A stretch of 63,932 bases of DNA, filler included, from Diploschistes diacapsis (lineage: Eukaryota): the NCBI GenBank assembly GCA_023645945.1. It is 4 parts of 4 records of this genome, joined end to end, with 100 filler letters (N's around TTAATTAATTAA, not from the genome) between each part and the next. Parts side by side here need not be neighbours in the genome. Positions count along the whole stretch, not along the records: positions 33,219 to 49,693 come from JALAIB010000505.1; positions 49,794 to 63,932 come from JALAIB010000615.1; 2 more parts are not named here. The stretch is one strand, 5' to 3'. The stretch's first letter is position 1, and each line of letters opens with the position of its first letter. Both the position numbers and the translations under genes were made by a program. A model generated the notes under the pieces. That model had not been told where the DNA came from, did no database searches, and was given only the letters and a program-made list of their open reading frames with translations. Shown one piece after another: positions 48,933 to 58,962 of this stretch.

Positions 48933-49401
48933 GCAACAGCCACCCTACTAGACAGCCAATTTCTTAACGTGATGGATCGCGAACAGCCCCCAGTATGGCA
49001 ATTGTCCAGAAACCCAGGCACAGGGTCTAGGCGCAACTAGGTTGGGTCAAATATATAGGTGAACAGCAACTACTTTTGAGACGATTACAACAAGGTTGAG
49101 AATAGAACAATAGGAATGTGTCTCTATCATGGGCTACTAGCTCAATACCAGCCCTCATATCGAACTTAGGCTCAGCTCCAACAATAAATGAAACTTCCAA
49201 GTGGTGGCTCTTGCCGTTTCCAGCACCCGCCCGGGCCGCCATAGGCGCTAACAAGCTTATCGTGCTTTATCGGCCCTACTCACCGCCCGTATTTTGCTGC
49301 TTCCCGCTGACGTCATATCTTCAAGTCCATATGCAAACAAGCTTCATCATCCCAACGTCCTCAACCGTCCAAAACCATCAAATCGGCCCACGTTCTCCAC
49401 C

Positions 49402-49693
49402 ATGGCTTCCACTCAACCCGCCGCCGTTGTAGACCCGCACCTCCTGCCCCACAACCCAGCGCCCTCCCGGGCCTCGGTCGAGAAACTCGTCCGCTCCTGG
49501 GGCTTCACCCACGTCTTCACGTGGCGCGACGGCCCGGGCGCGTATTATCCACCGCACACGCACGGCGGCCTCACGACGCATGTTATACTCAGTGGGCGGC
49601 TGACCATTTCGTTTCCGGACGACGAGGTGCCGGAGAAGAGGACGTTTGGGGTCGGGGCCCGGGTGGATGTGGAGGCGGGGAGGAGGCATGAGG
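49402..49693 (+). CDS. Small cupin (RmlC-like) protein, 3'-truncated by the contig end
   Basis: WGFTHVFTWRDGPGAYYPPHTHGGLTTHVILSG...RVDVEAGRRHE. Confidence 0.85.
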
Positions 49694-49793
49694 NNNNNNN
49701 NNNNNNNNNNNNNNNNNNNNNNNNNNNNNNNNNNNNNTTAATTAATTAANNNNNNNNNNNNNNNNNNNNNNNNNNNNNNNNNNNNNNNNNNNN
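49694..49793. other. Artificial contig linker
   Basis: N44-TTAATTAATTAA-N44. Confidence 0.99.
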
Positions 49794-50716
49794 CCCTACG
49801 CACCTCCCTCGAAGCCGCAAACCCCTCCCTCCCCAAACTCGCCCACCTGCCCCTGCGCATGGTGTCGGAGAACAACTTCCCCACGGCCGCCGGCCTGGCC
49901 TCCAGCGCCGCCGGCTTCGCCGCCCTAGTGCGCGCGGTCGCGGACCTCTACGAGCTGCCGCAGAGCATGGAGCACCTGTCCGAGATCGCGCGCCAGGGCT
50001 CGGGCAGCGCGTGCCGGAGCCTGCTGGGCGGGTACGTGGCGTGGGACATGGGCGCCGCGGAGGACGGGAGCGACAGCCGGGCGAGGCTGGTGGCGCCGCG
50101 CAGCCACTGGCCGGAGATGCGGGCGATCATCCTGGTGGCGAGCGCGGAGAAGAAGGACGTTGGGTCGACGGCAGGCATGCAGGCGACGGTGCGGACGTCG
50201 GCGCTGGCGCAGACGAGGTTCAGGGACGTCGTGCCGCGGGAGATGGTCGCTATGGAGGCGGCTATTGGGAAGAGGGATTTTGCGGAGTTTGGGCGGATTG
50301 CGATGCGGGAGAGTAATAATTTCCATGCCTGCTGTTTGGATACGCAGCCACCGATTTTTTACCTGACGGATGTTTCGAGGGCGGCGATTAGGGCGGTGGA
50401 GGAGATTAATGGTGGGGCAGGAGAGGTGGTGGCGGCTTATACATTCGATGCGGGGCCGAATGCGGTGATTTATCACGAGGCTGTTAATGAGAAGAGGGTG
50501 GCGGGGGTTTTCAAGAAGTTTCTGGGGGAGAAAGAGGGGTGGTCCGGAGAAAGGGGGCAGTCTATTAAGATTTCTGACGGTGAAGGTCCGGTTGACGAGA
50601 AGACAGCGGAGACGTTGAAGAGCGGGATAAGTAGAGTTATTCTGACAGAGGTAGGAGAGGGGCCGGTGAGGACAGAGGAGCATTTGATTGATCAAACGGG
50701 GGAGCCAGTTCGGTGA
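49794..50716 (+). CDS. MVD1: Diphosphomevalonate decarboxylase, 5'-truncated
   Basis: SENNFPTAAGLASSAAGFAAL; ARQGSGSACRSL; FHACCLDT.PPIFY; AYTFDAGPNAV. Confidence 0.98.
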
Positions 50717-50747
50717 ATTCTATCACGTTTTGGCTTTCTGTGCTACT

Positions 50748-53700
50748 TCAAGTGCCTAGTAAGGAAAGCCTTCGAAAGTCTTTTATGATTGGCGGTTCTT
50801 TTGGCGTGCGCGTCTCCTGCATGCTGTCGAGCAGGACGGCGTCTCCACCATTGGGCCTATATTCGGGCATGTTGTGCATTTCTTCCGGAGCTTGCACTTT
50901 CTCCTGTATCTGGAAGACTTCTGGTGTATGTTCTTTGCATAGGGTAACGACAGTCACCATGGCGCTTTCCACAGCCAGTGCCCGCTCCCTCATCCCTCGC
51001 CGCATTAATCCCATCACCAGCCTCTCCACCTCATCGCCTATCGAATTCACTCTCTCGATCAATCGTGCTATGCTGTTTACAAGGTACTCTTCCTCGTACA
51101 CACTTCCCTTTTTGCCTCTTGCTCGCTTCCTTTCTTCCTGTCTTCTTTTCTTGGAAGTCCTCCTTGTGGCACTTGTTCCTATCGTTCCTGTCTGATTGGT
51201 ATACCTTGTAAATAGCGTACCACCGGCTGTCGATGCATCTGTCCCTGCAAGAGATATGTTATCTGGTATATCGGCGCCACCCGAAGCTTCGGCGTCATAA
51301 AAGGCCAACGGTTCCTGCACTTTCTTTATCCGTAGCTCTCTTATCCGAGGGACTTGAGCGTTAAGCTGACTCCTGCATTCCGCGAGAAGCTCCGTCATTG
51401 CTGCTTGGCCCTCTGCAAGTCCCGCGTCGACAATAGACTGTAAAAGCTCGGGCCGCTGATTGACGCCTATCAACCGCATCGCATCAGCGACCCAATATCC
51501 TCTGCAGAACAACCGTATGGCTTCTTCGATATTCTTAAGGTACTCCACAGAAACCACAGCTGCCGACCTGTAATCTTTTTGCTCGATTTGAGATTCTGCG
51601 ATTGCAGAAGCAAAGTCACGCAACCTTGCTTCATCAAACCCAGCAAGGGAAGCGCAACTTAGTGCCTCCTGCCACAGGTGTGCTAGCCTGTAAGATTCTG
51701 ATGCATCTGCGTAATTATGCAGGTATTCGTAGGCTATACCTGCGTCTTTGTGCCTCGACTGTCTTCGCAGGTAGTCCGCGTATGCTTTCATGATGTCCCT
51801 AACCCTAGGTTCTTGGTATCGATATAACGCAATTGCTTCTTCATAGAGACTGTGCTTAACCATATGAGCCTTGAAAGCTTCGAAGTCGTCCAGCTCTTGA
51901 AGATGCGTCAAGGCTTTGTCAAACCGTCCTAGAAAATTATCTATGTCCACCTGCCTACGTAAAGGTGCTTGATCCTTCAACTTCTGCAAAAACGGTACAT
52001 ACTCGCGCGGATCTCTTTGGGATTGCTGAGCGATCTGAAGCGTCAGTTCTAAATCATAGAGCCCGAGTGCCGCATCAAAAAGGCGATTCACGTCTGCCAG
52101 AAAGCAAATATGCTCTACCACCTTCTCACCGTCTTCCAGGCTCTTCTGCCTCATCGATGCAACTTCTAGCAAGCTTGCTTCAAGATCAGGTGGGTTCTTG
52201 CAGACGTGTGCTGTAATAACGTTCTGTAAGTTCGTAGAAGTCCTTGAAGAGAGAGACCTCAAGAAAGCATCGCATATGCTGTTAACTTTCGAAATTTTCG
52301 GCATTTTGTTATATTCTGGGGACCTTTGGGCCTCAGGGATTCCCGTATTCGTTGTCTGATCTGGTACAGTATTTTTGTACATTGTCTCTGAGACGTCTTC
52401 TTCCCTTAGCTGTGAAAGAAATAAGTCAATGTGCTCAAGCTTCTGTACCTGATCGATGAATACGTCGACACTGTAGAGAAACTTCCCAGGGGCGTGATCG
52501 TGCAGAATATTCATGTCCACCCGGTGGTTTCTACAGGCCAAAAATGCCTTCTTGTATCTATTTTCGTCAATGCTCTTACGAATCAGTGGAAGAACCAGAG
52601 CTCTGGGATAAATAGTTTCTAGGTTTCCTCTAGGCATTTGTAGTACTAGTGCTGACGTAGAGGGTATGACTGTGACTAGTCTCGCTCCTCTCTCGATGCT
52701 CCGGCATCGTTCATCTAGCTCTGGAGTATCTTCGGGGACTTCCAGCTGCTCTGGTAGAGTTAGATGTACAAATTTGAGAAGGTGCTGCGAGGTCGTAAAA
52801 ATTAGGTGGGTGTTCGTAACCAGGAAAGATGTGCAGCCTCGTGATAGCAACCGCCCATCTGCGAAAAGCGTCCCGTTCCGGTCAAGGCCAAAGGCAATTG
52901 CTTCGGAAGAGAGCTCCTTGCCGCCAGTCTCTAATTTGTTCGGAGCAGCTAGCTGCACGTTCACTGCGCGCTCAAGCACGTTCAGTGATTTTGATAGCCC
53001 AAACGGTCGGTCAGCCGGGATCATCTCCTCGTTGCCTTTCTTAATTATGATGTCTGCGATTGGCGTCAATCGTGGACCAATCCAACAGCATGGTGAAGCT
53101 ATCGATTCGGTAGACACTGGAACAAGCTCCGTGATATGCATGCTTGACACCTGAGTCGAAAACTTCAGCTCCCCTTCAGCTAAGTTGAATGAGGTTAGCA
53201 GGCTGCTCTTCCCATCAGAAGCTAGCACAACAATTGTCTCTCGGTCGACAAAGGTAACCTGGCGCGGAAGAATCTGTACAGTGTGTTCAAATGTAGAGTC
53301 TTCGGGCAATGAAAGCTTGCAACGAGCTGTTGAGAAAAGATTACTCGAAGCCTTCTCTTTAAGGTTCCATTGGTAGATGGATACTGCTTCTTGATCTAGC
53401 ACGGCAAGCAGAACTGAGTGACTGCCTTGAGGGTCGGCCTCGAAATAGCACGCATCAACAATATTGCATTTGACGGAGAGCTCAGCCAAGGACATTGGCG
53501 GTGGCACAATTGATATACGCAAAGGTGTGATTTTCAGTATAGACCCGTCGATAACAGATACGAGACCATAATCGTAAGGCGGTACCCTAGAGCCGCTGGC
53601 TACTCGATAGTCGTACTGAAGTCTCTGTATGGACTCTTCGAGACCCATAGCAAACAGGAGAGGTTGCTCGGGATGCCAGGCAAAGGATGGAAGGCGTTGC

Positions 53701-54785
53701 CTTGATCCACTATCCGGTAGCCGGATCTCCTGCTTTAGATAATAATGGTAGTTCGCCATGGTCCATAACTGCACACGATCTAGAAAGCAAACAGCCAAGG
53801 TCGAGGAGTCGAAATTCCACTGCAGGTTGATCTTCGCGGCCGAAGTCTCCATTTCCTCTTCACTCAACCTCAGCGAGAACTGCCCATGCCGTAGCCCATT
53901 TCTCTCAAAGAAAATGATATCCACCCTTTCCTCCAGTCTCTGCACACTCGCCAGAAGGTTTCCCGCCGGCCGCCAAGTCAGCGCAGATTCCATAAAATCC
54001 ACCGGCTCACTCACGCCGTCCAACTCTCCTTCCCGAGAGTATACTCTGATAACTCTCCTCGAACTAGCCAAAGGGCTATTGACAGCCACATACGCACCGT
54101 CGCCTCTCCAGCTGATCGTACTTTCCATTCCATCCTTGATACTGAAGGCTCCTTCATAGATCCTTTCAGGCACCGTTGGATCCCTTAGAGCCTGTGCTTT
54201 CGCCCCTTTACCGCGGAACTGTGTTTCTGCCTTGCCCCATCCGACAGAAACGTGTTTCGACGCCTGTAGATCCTCGTGGGCCAGACCAACGCTAACGACA
54301 TTTTCAAAGGTCCTCGTCATGTACAGAAAGGTGTCTGCGTTAGTCAAAATAGCCAAGAGTTCCTCATCCGGCGACCATGCTGCAGCTGCAACCCCAACGT
54401 CTACGGAGCCAACGATTTCTATCTCCGCGGAGTGAGGCAGAGTGTTGTCATTAGCAGGGGTTACAAGGACGATATCACCACCGGCGAGGACGACGCAAAC
54501 CTGATGGTTGTCCGGAAAGTAGTGAATGTCCAGGATATGGTCACAAGGGAGAGACGGATTCGGGGAGGGCGCATCCCAGGAGGCGATGTGCGTAGAGGTA
54601 GAGGGTTCGAAACCTTCGGTTAGCGGCGTCTCGGCCCATCTTCGTAGCTCGATCAAGTTGCTATTCTCTGAAGGGCCAATGGCGCAGATAATGCTATCGG
54701 AGGAAGCATCCCAGGCGCAGGAGCTTGGGGCTGAGGAAGAGGTGCGGTGTAGCACTTTGTGCTGGAGATTACGAAGGTTCCTCAT
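50748..54785 (-). CDS. IKI3: Elongator complex subunit 1, intronless, 1345 aa
   Basis: MRNL start; SVGWGKAETQF.G; SWRGDG; FFERNGLRHG; NYHYYLKQ; LQMPRGNLETIYPR; RARGKKGSVYEEEYLV. Confidence 0.98.
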   Translation of the reverse strand: MRNLRNLQHKVLHRTSSSAPSSCAWDASSDSIICAIGPSENSNLIELRRWAETPLTEGFEPSTSTHIASWDAPSPNPSLPCDHILDIHYFPDNHQVCVVLAGGDIVLVTPANDNTLPHSAEIEIVGSVDVGVAAAAWSPDEELLAILTNADTFLYMTRTFENVVSVGLAHEDLQASKHVSVGWGKAETQFRGKGAKAQALRDPTVPERIYEGAFSIKDGMESTISWRGDGAYVAVNSPLASSRRVIRVYSREGELDGVSEPVDFMESALTWRPAGNLLASVQRLEERVDIIFFERNGLRHGQFSLRLSEEEMETSAAKINLQWNFDSSTLAVCFLDRVQLWTMANYHYYLKQEIRLPDSGSRQRLPSFAWHPEQPLLFAMGLEESIQRLQYDYRVASGSRVPPYDYGLVSVIDGSILKITPLRISIVPPPMSLAELSVKCNIVDACYFEADPQGSHSVLLAVLDQEAVSIYQWNLKEKASSNLFSTARCKLSLPEDSTFEHTVQILPRQVTFVDRETIVVLASDGKSSLLTSFNLAEGELKFSTQVSSMHITELVPVSTESIASPCCWIGPRLTPIADIIIKKGNEEMIPADRPFGLSKSLNVLERAVNVQLAAPNKLETGGKELSSEAIAFGLDRNGTLFADGRLLSRGCTSFLVTNTHLIFTTSQHLLKFVHLTLPEQLEVPEDTPELDERCRSIERGARLVTVIPSTSALVLQMPRGNLETIYPRALVLPLIRKSIDENRYKKAFLACRNHRVDMNILHDHAPGKFLYSVDVFIDQVQKLEHIDLFLSQLREEDVSETMYKNTVPDQTTNTGIPEAQRSPEYNKMPKISKVNSICDAFLRSLSSRTSTNLQNVITAHVCKNPPDLEASLLEVASMRQKSLEDGEKVVEHICFLADVNRLFDAALGLYDLELTLQIAQQSQRDPREYVPFLQKLKDQAPLRRQVDIDNFLGRFDKALTHLQELDDFEAFKAHMVKHSLYEEAIALYRYQEPRVRDIMKAYADYLRRQSRHKDAGIAYEYLHNYADASESYRLAHLWQEALSCASLAGFDEARLRDFASAIAESQIEQKDYRSAAVVSVEYLKNIEEAIRLFCRGYWVADAMRLIGVNQRPELLQSIVDAGLAEGQAAMTELLAECRSQLNAQVPRIRELRIKKVQEPLAFYDAEASGGADIPDNISLAGTDASTAGGTLFTRYTNQTGTIGTSATRRTSKKRRQEERKRARGKKGSVYEEEYLVNSIARLIERVNSIGDEVERLVMGLMRRGMRERALAVESAMVTVVTLCKEHTPEVFQIQEKVQAPEEMHNMPEYRPNGGDAVLLDSMQETRTPKEPPIIKDFRRLSLLGT

Positions 54786-57700
54786 CTCGTGGGCTGGTTT
54801 TTTGTTTCATCCTGGATTAACATCTTCTTAGGTTGGGATGAACAATGTGGATGAAGGATGGGTGCTCTGTTGCAGGAAGTTGCCGTCAAGTCACCAATCC
54901 AAGTCAAGGAAATGTTCAAAACCCTAGTTCGATCATGATCAACCAATCACAGCCTTCATTTACATATCAATACAGTACATGTAGTTGAACATCGGGACGA
55001 AGATTCTATCACTTATGGATTGCGTATTCAGATGTCCGAGTCCTCTCAGCTGCTAGAGTTAGTAAGATATGTAGTTTTCATTAACAGTCCTACGATGTCT
55101 AGCAGCAAACACAGTTATTCAATCAACTCTTTACCCCTAAGCTCGAGACAATGTGCGCATGCGCATTAGGTCCTCGTCAGGAAGTTAATTTATGTAGGAT
55201 ACACTGCAGCTCATGTTATTCGAACCACGAAAGCTGGGCATTGCGAGTACCTATCCAAAGAGCTCTTTAATTCCTTCGTTCATTTTACCCCAAAACCCTC
55301 TCTCCTTCATCCGCTTCCTTCCAAATTCTCCAGCATCTACTTCACCATTCCTGCAACCACCTCGGTCTAGCACTCACTACCTCGCGACCCACATCCTCTA
55401 CAAACACATACCTATTGCATCTCGACAAGCCCAGCTGCCTCAGGGGCAGATTGGTTTGCTGGTCCGAAGAGGTACCTTGACCAGCACGGGAGTAAAGGAG
55501 ATCGGGGTTGAAGGTACAGCAGTAGCTAGCTGGGTGGCCAGAGGAAGCTAGGAGGCATGAGAACGGCCGAAGCCATGGAAGCAGATGAGGGAGGGAGGGG
55601 CTGCGAGGGTTCTATAAGAAGAGAGGATAGGGAATGAGTGGCATTGGGGGAAAGCGAAACGAGAGACGATTTCGGATAGGGGAGTGTGGCTTCCGAAACC
55701 ACAACTTGGTCTGTGGTCATTTGGCTTTGCAGCTGGATGTGTGGAATTTCTGATGCTTAATGGCTGCTTGCCAGTGACGTCTATATCTCGGAAGGCTGAT
55801 AACTATTTGGTAGTGCAATCCCTTACTGTTTTAGATTTGAGATGTTGGATTATTCTATCCGAATTCTTGTGCTGCTTAGTTCAAGGATAAGAAGCAATGT
55901 GACTTTGCTGGCTGGCATATTACCTGGCACAGGTATAGCCCGACAAGGCGAATATAGATCGCTCAATTTTCAAGACCATATGAAGAGTTGCAAGGTGAAT
56001 AAATGTCTATTGAACCCTTTCTACGAAGGCGGCGGCGCAGAGGTGGTTCGTTAATCGGTGGGATTCTGTCACGAGGCATTTTCTACAAATTTCAATCAAG
56101 TATCTAGTCGACCAATGCATTCATCTGGTTTTACAAGTACTTAGAAGCGCAGTTCAGTCTCACCTTGTACATGTACCACCTGTCTCGGGCTCTTCTTTCT
56201 CTTTGGGAAGCCTTCTGAAACATGCTTTGCATGAGCTTCCAGTCAGCCAGCACTCGAGCCATTACTTGCAGACGCCTCGCCCTGACAGCCGTTGGCTGAG
56301 GGCAGCACAATACAACGTAATAATGGCTTAAAGTGTGGCTCGCGGTTTGCCGAATTATGATATGAATTTTTAACTGATGTTTGCATGCAGAATAATGCGT
56401 AGCAGTATGTCCGCCACTACGCCTTGTACTGTAATTCAACCATCGTTGTGTATTTTGCATGAGAGAAGCCATGATGCTGGTTTTTGTGGAACTGTGCCAT
56501 ACCAACACCCACGCCGCAAGTGCTCCGAGACAGCAGAGTTGGTAGCATAGTTTGAGCTGATCGCAGGATACCCGACTGACTGTTGTCGTATGTATCGTTA
56601 TCAACTGAGTTATCGAGGGTTATGAGAAGGAATATTCTAATAAACAAGCAATGAGATGCTACTGGTGCGTAAAGCAACATCATCGCCACTTGCGCAAATT
56701 GGCTCCACTGGCTTTGACTGAGACTTGATTGGGTATGGTTCAGTCTTGGTCAACTTCGCTTACTGATTTTGTTCTCCGTTAAAAGCGATTTCGATGCCTC
56801 ACAATAGATAGAACATACCCTAGACCCAAGGCAATCTGCAAATTCTTCTGATATTATATGTCAGCCAGCTTGGCCTTCAAGCAATAACGGAGCACGCATT
56901 TATGCAAGCCCATGCAGCAGCAAGCCTGCGACCCTAAGAACGTGGTTGTGTGGGCTTGCAAGCCTCCATCCAAAAAGGAACGGGGCTTATTGATTGGGGG
57001 CTGAATTGTACCCAATAGAGACTCTGGCTAGTGCCAATGCAATATAGCATGCCTCCGGATCAGTAGTCATTACTCTACAGAGTATAGTTTTTTGTTTCTC
57101 GCTTAGCTGACCCACAATGGCAAAAATCCAGAGCATACTCCATAAATAGTTAAGGGTTCAATTCCCATACAGCTGGCTCTCACAAGCCCCCCGCCCCCTC
57201 AAGAACAACGTGGTTTGACGTATGGCCACCCCTGTTCTTGATCAAGGATAGAGAAAGCCCGGGTGAAACGGCAATAAAAGGGGTGATCCTTGAAAGAAGG
57301 AAAGGAGGGGCGGAGATCAGCATGGCCGGCGGGTCTTAAATGATTATCAAAAACGCAGACGGGAGCGGGAAGCGGGTAGAAGAATAAATTACCCGTCATC
57401 TCTACACTACAACCTTATGCCGAGCATCTTGATTCAAGCTCTTGGAAATATGCATTGGGATAGGAGACATACATACATACATACACTACGGGGTCTTCCC
57501 GGAAGCGAAGCATGTATCTTGTACGCGATCCATAGACAGTAGATACAACTGGACGTGGGGCAGTAACAAAGGTCCGCTCAAGCCTTTTGCAGTTGCAGAG
57601 ACATCAATGAAATATAGGGGCACAGGCATGGTTTCATTTTACTAGATCGTTGCGTGACTTCTCTGGAAGGATTACTGAGACCCTACCCTTTGCCAGCCAC

Positions 57701-57880
57701 TGTCGCTTGCTGCCTAGCACTGCTTGCCACCTGTATCGTATTATAAATGCATTTTTTCTCAACAGGAATGTTAGTTAATTATCGCCAGATCAGCGCCAAG
57801 CCAAGCGAGCACGCGAGGCTTCGGATCCCAAGCGGGTGGTCGGAGCTGCTGAAGAACGTGGAAACCTGAATATCCATCAA

Positions 57881-57976
57881 TTGTCCATTATTGTCCATTA
57901 TTGTCCATTATTGTCCATTATTGTCCATTATTGTCCATTATTGTCCATTATTGTCCATTATTGTCCATTGTCCATT
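57881..57976. repeat. 10-bp minisatellite (TTGTCCATTA), about 9 copies
   Basis: Eight perfect copies at 57881-57960 plus degenerate ends. Confidence 0.97.
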
Positions 57977-58168
57977 GTCTTATGTCCCATGTCCCTTGTC
58001 CGGTACCTAGATTTTCAGGCACTACGGAGTTAAGGGAAGTGAGTGAATGTAAGCTCTGGTGCATATTGGTGCATCTATCATGCTAATTGTGAGTGTGAGT
58101 GTGAGTGCTACACCGAGCATGTGTATCCCGTGATGTCTTATTACTCGTGTTAAATCCGTTCTTCCCCC

Positions 58169-58198
58169 CTGTCTGTCTGTCTGTCTGTCTGTCTGTCT
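58169..58198. repeat. (CTGT)n microsatellite
   Basis: About 7 perfect units. Confidence 0.9.
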
Positions 58199-58962
58199 TC
58201 AGCCGGTAGTTTTTCAATTGGTGTGCTAGTAGAGATCTTGCTCTGTTCATTATTCAAACTCTGACTCTCTCTCTCTCACTCTCTCTCTCGCGTTGCTCGC
58301 TCGCCATCTCTTTTAGGCTTTTAGCTACCATCGGACGGTTACAACGCTTTTCTTTCTTCTCGCCTTTATCCCTTTTTTCTTCGCATCCCAATCCCATCCA
58401 TTCCCTTTTTGCCCCAACCTTGTTCCTTTATTTCACCCAGCCATCGCGGCGCGGAAGGGTGCCAGGCGCCGAAATGTGGTACCTAGGCTGGTACTAGTAG
58501 TCCGCACGTTTTTTACTCTGTATGCTTCCAACGCTTCCACGCTCCACTCTGCCTCCATTCCCACGCCCCCCCCCCTCCCTCTGTCCATCTCCTCTACACT
58601 CCACTCATTCCTCTCCTTTCCCTACATTGACTACCCTCTATTCAAGACGTCTGCATGTCTCAATTGTCCCTCGGCGAGTCCTGCCCTACCTAATCACGGC
58701 CCGTTCCCTCTAAACCATTTCTCGCATGGTTTTCTAGGCTTTCATATTACAGCACAACGTATTATAGTCGCTCTTGTTGTTACCTCCATACAACGCTCAT
58801 TGACTAGATAATCCCACCCCCCCGTTGCGATTACTCCGTACGTGGGCAAAGCCCCCCCTCTCATCCACATTATCCTCCCAGAGTTGGTTTCATGATTGAG
58901 GAGCTTCAACGCTCTGGATCACCCTGCCAGCCTTGGAGCTTCCTCTTCCCTTTCACCCTCCC

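Noticed and set aside
49925..50695. 256-aa antisense ORF, and similar long antisense ORFs over GPR89, the kinase and the vWA gene
   Set aside because: These are shadow frames of GC-rich real genes.
49402..50716. Cupin-MVD1 linkage or fusion, or a terpenoid cluster with the MBOAT gene
   Set aside because: The genes are on different contigs separated by artificial linkers.
56131..56689. 157-aa and 90-aa ORFs between ELP1 and the RING-vWA gene
   Set aside because: No motif or splice model, and non-ATG starts.
57104..57175. tRNA-sized segment with a GGGTTCAATTCCC T-loop and partial acceptor stem
   Set aside because: The D arm and anticodon arm do not pair. It is at best a decayed relic or a chance match; tRNAscan-SE would decide.
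57836..58086. ORFs with repeated IIVHYCPLLS
   Set aside because: They are translations of the 10-bp minisatellite.
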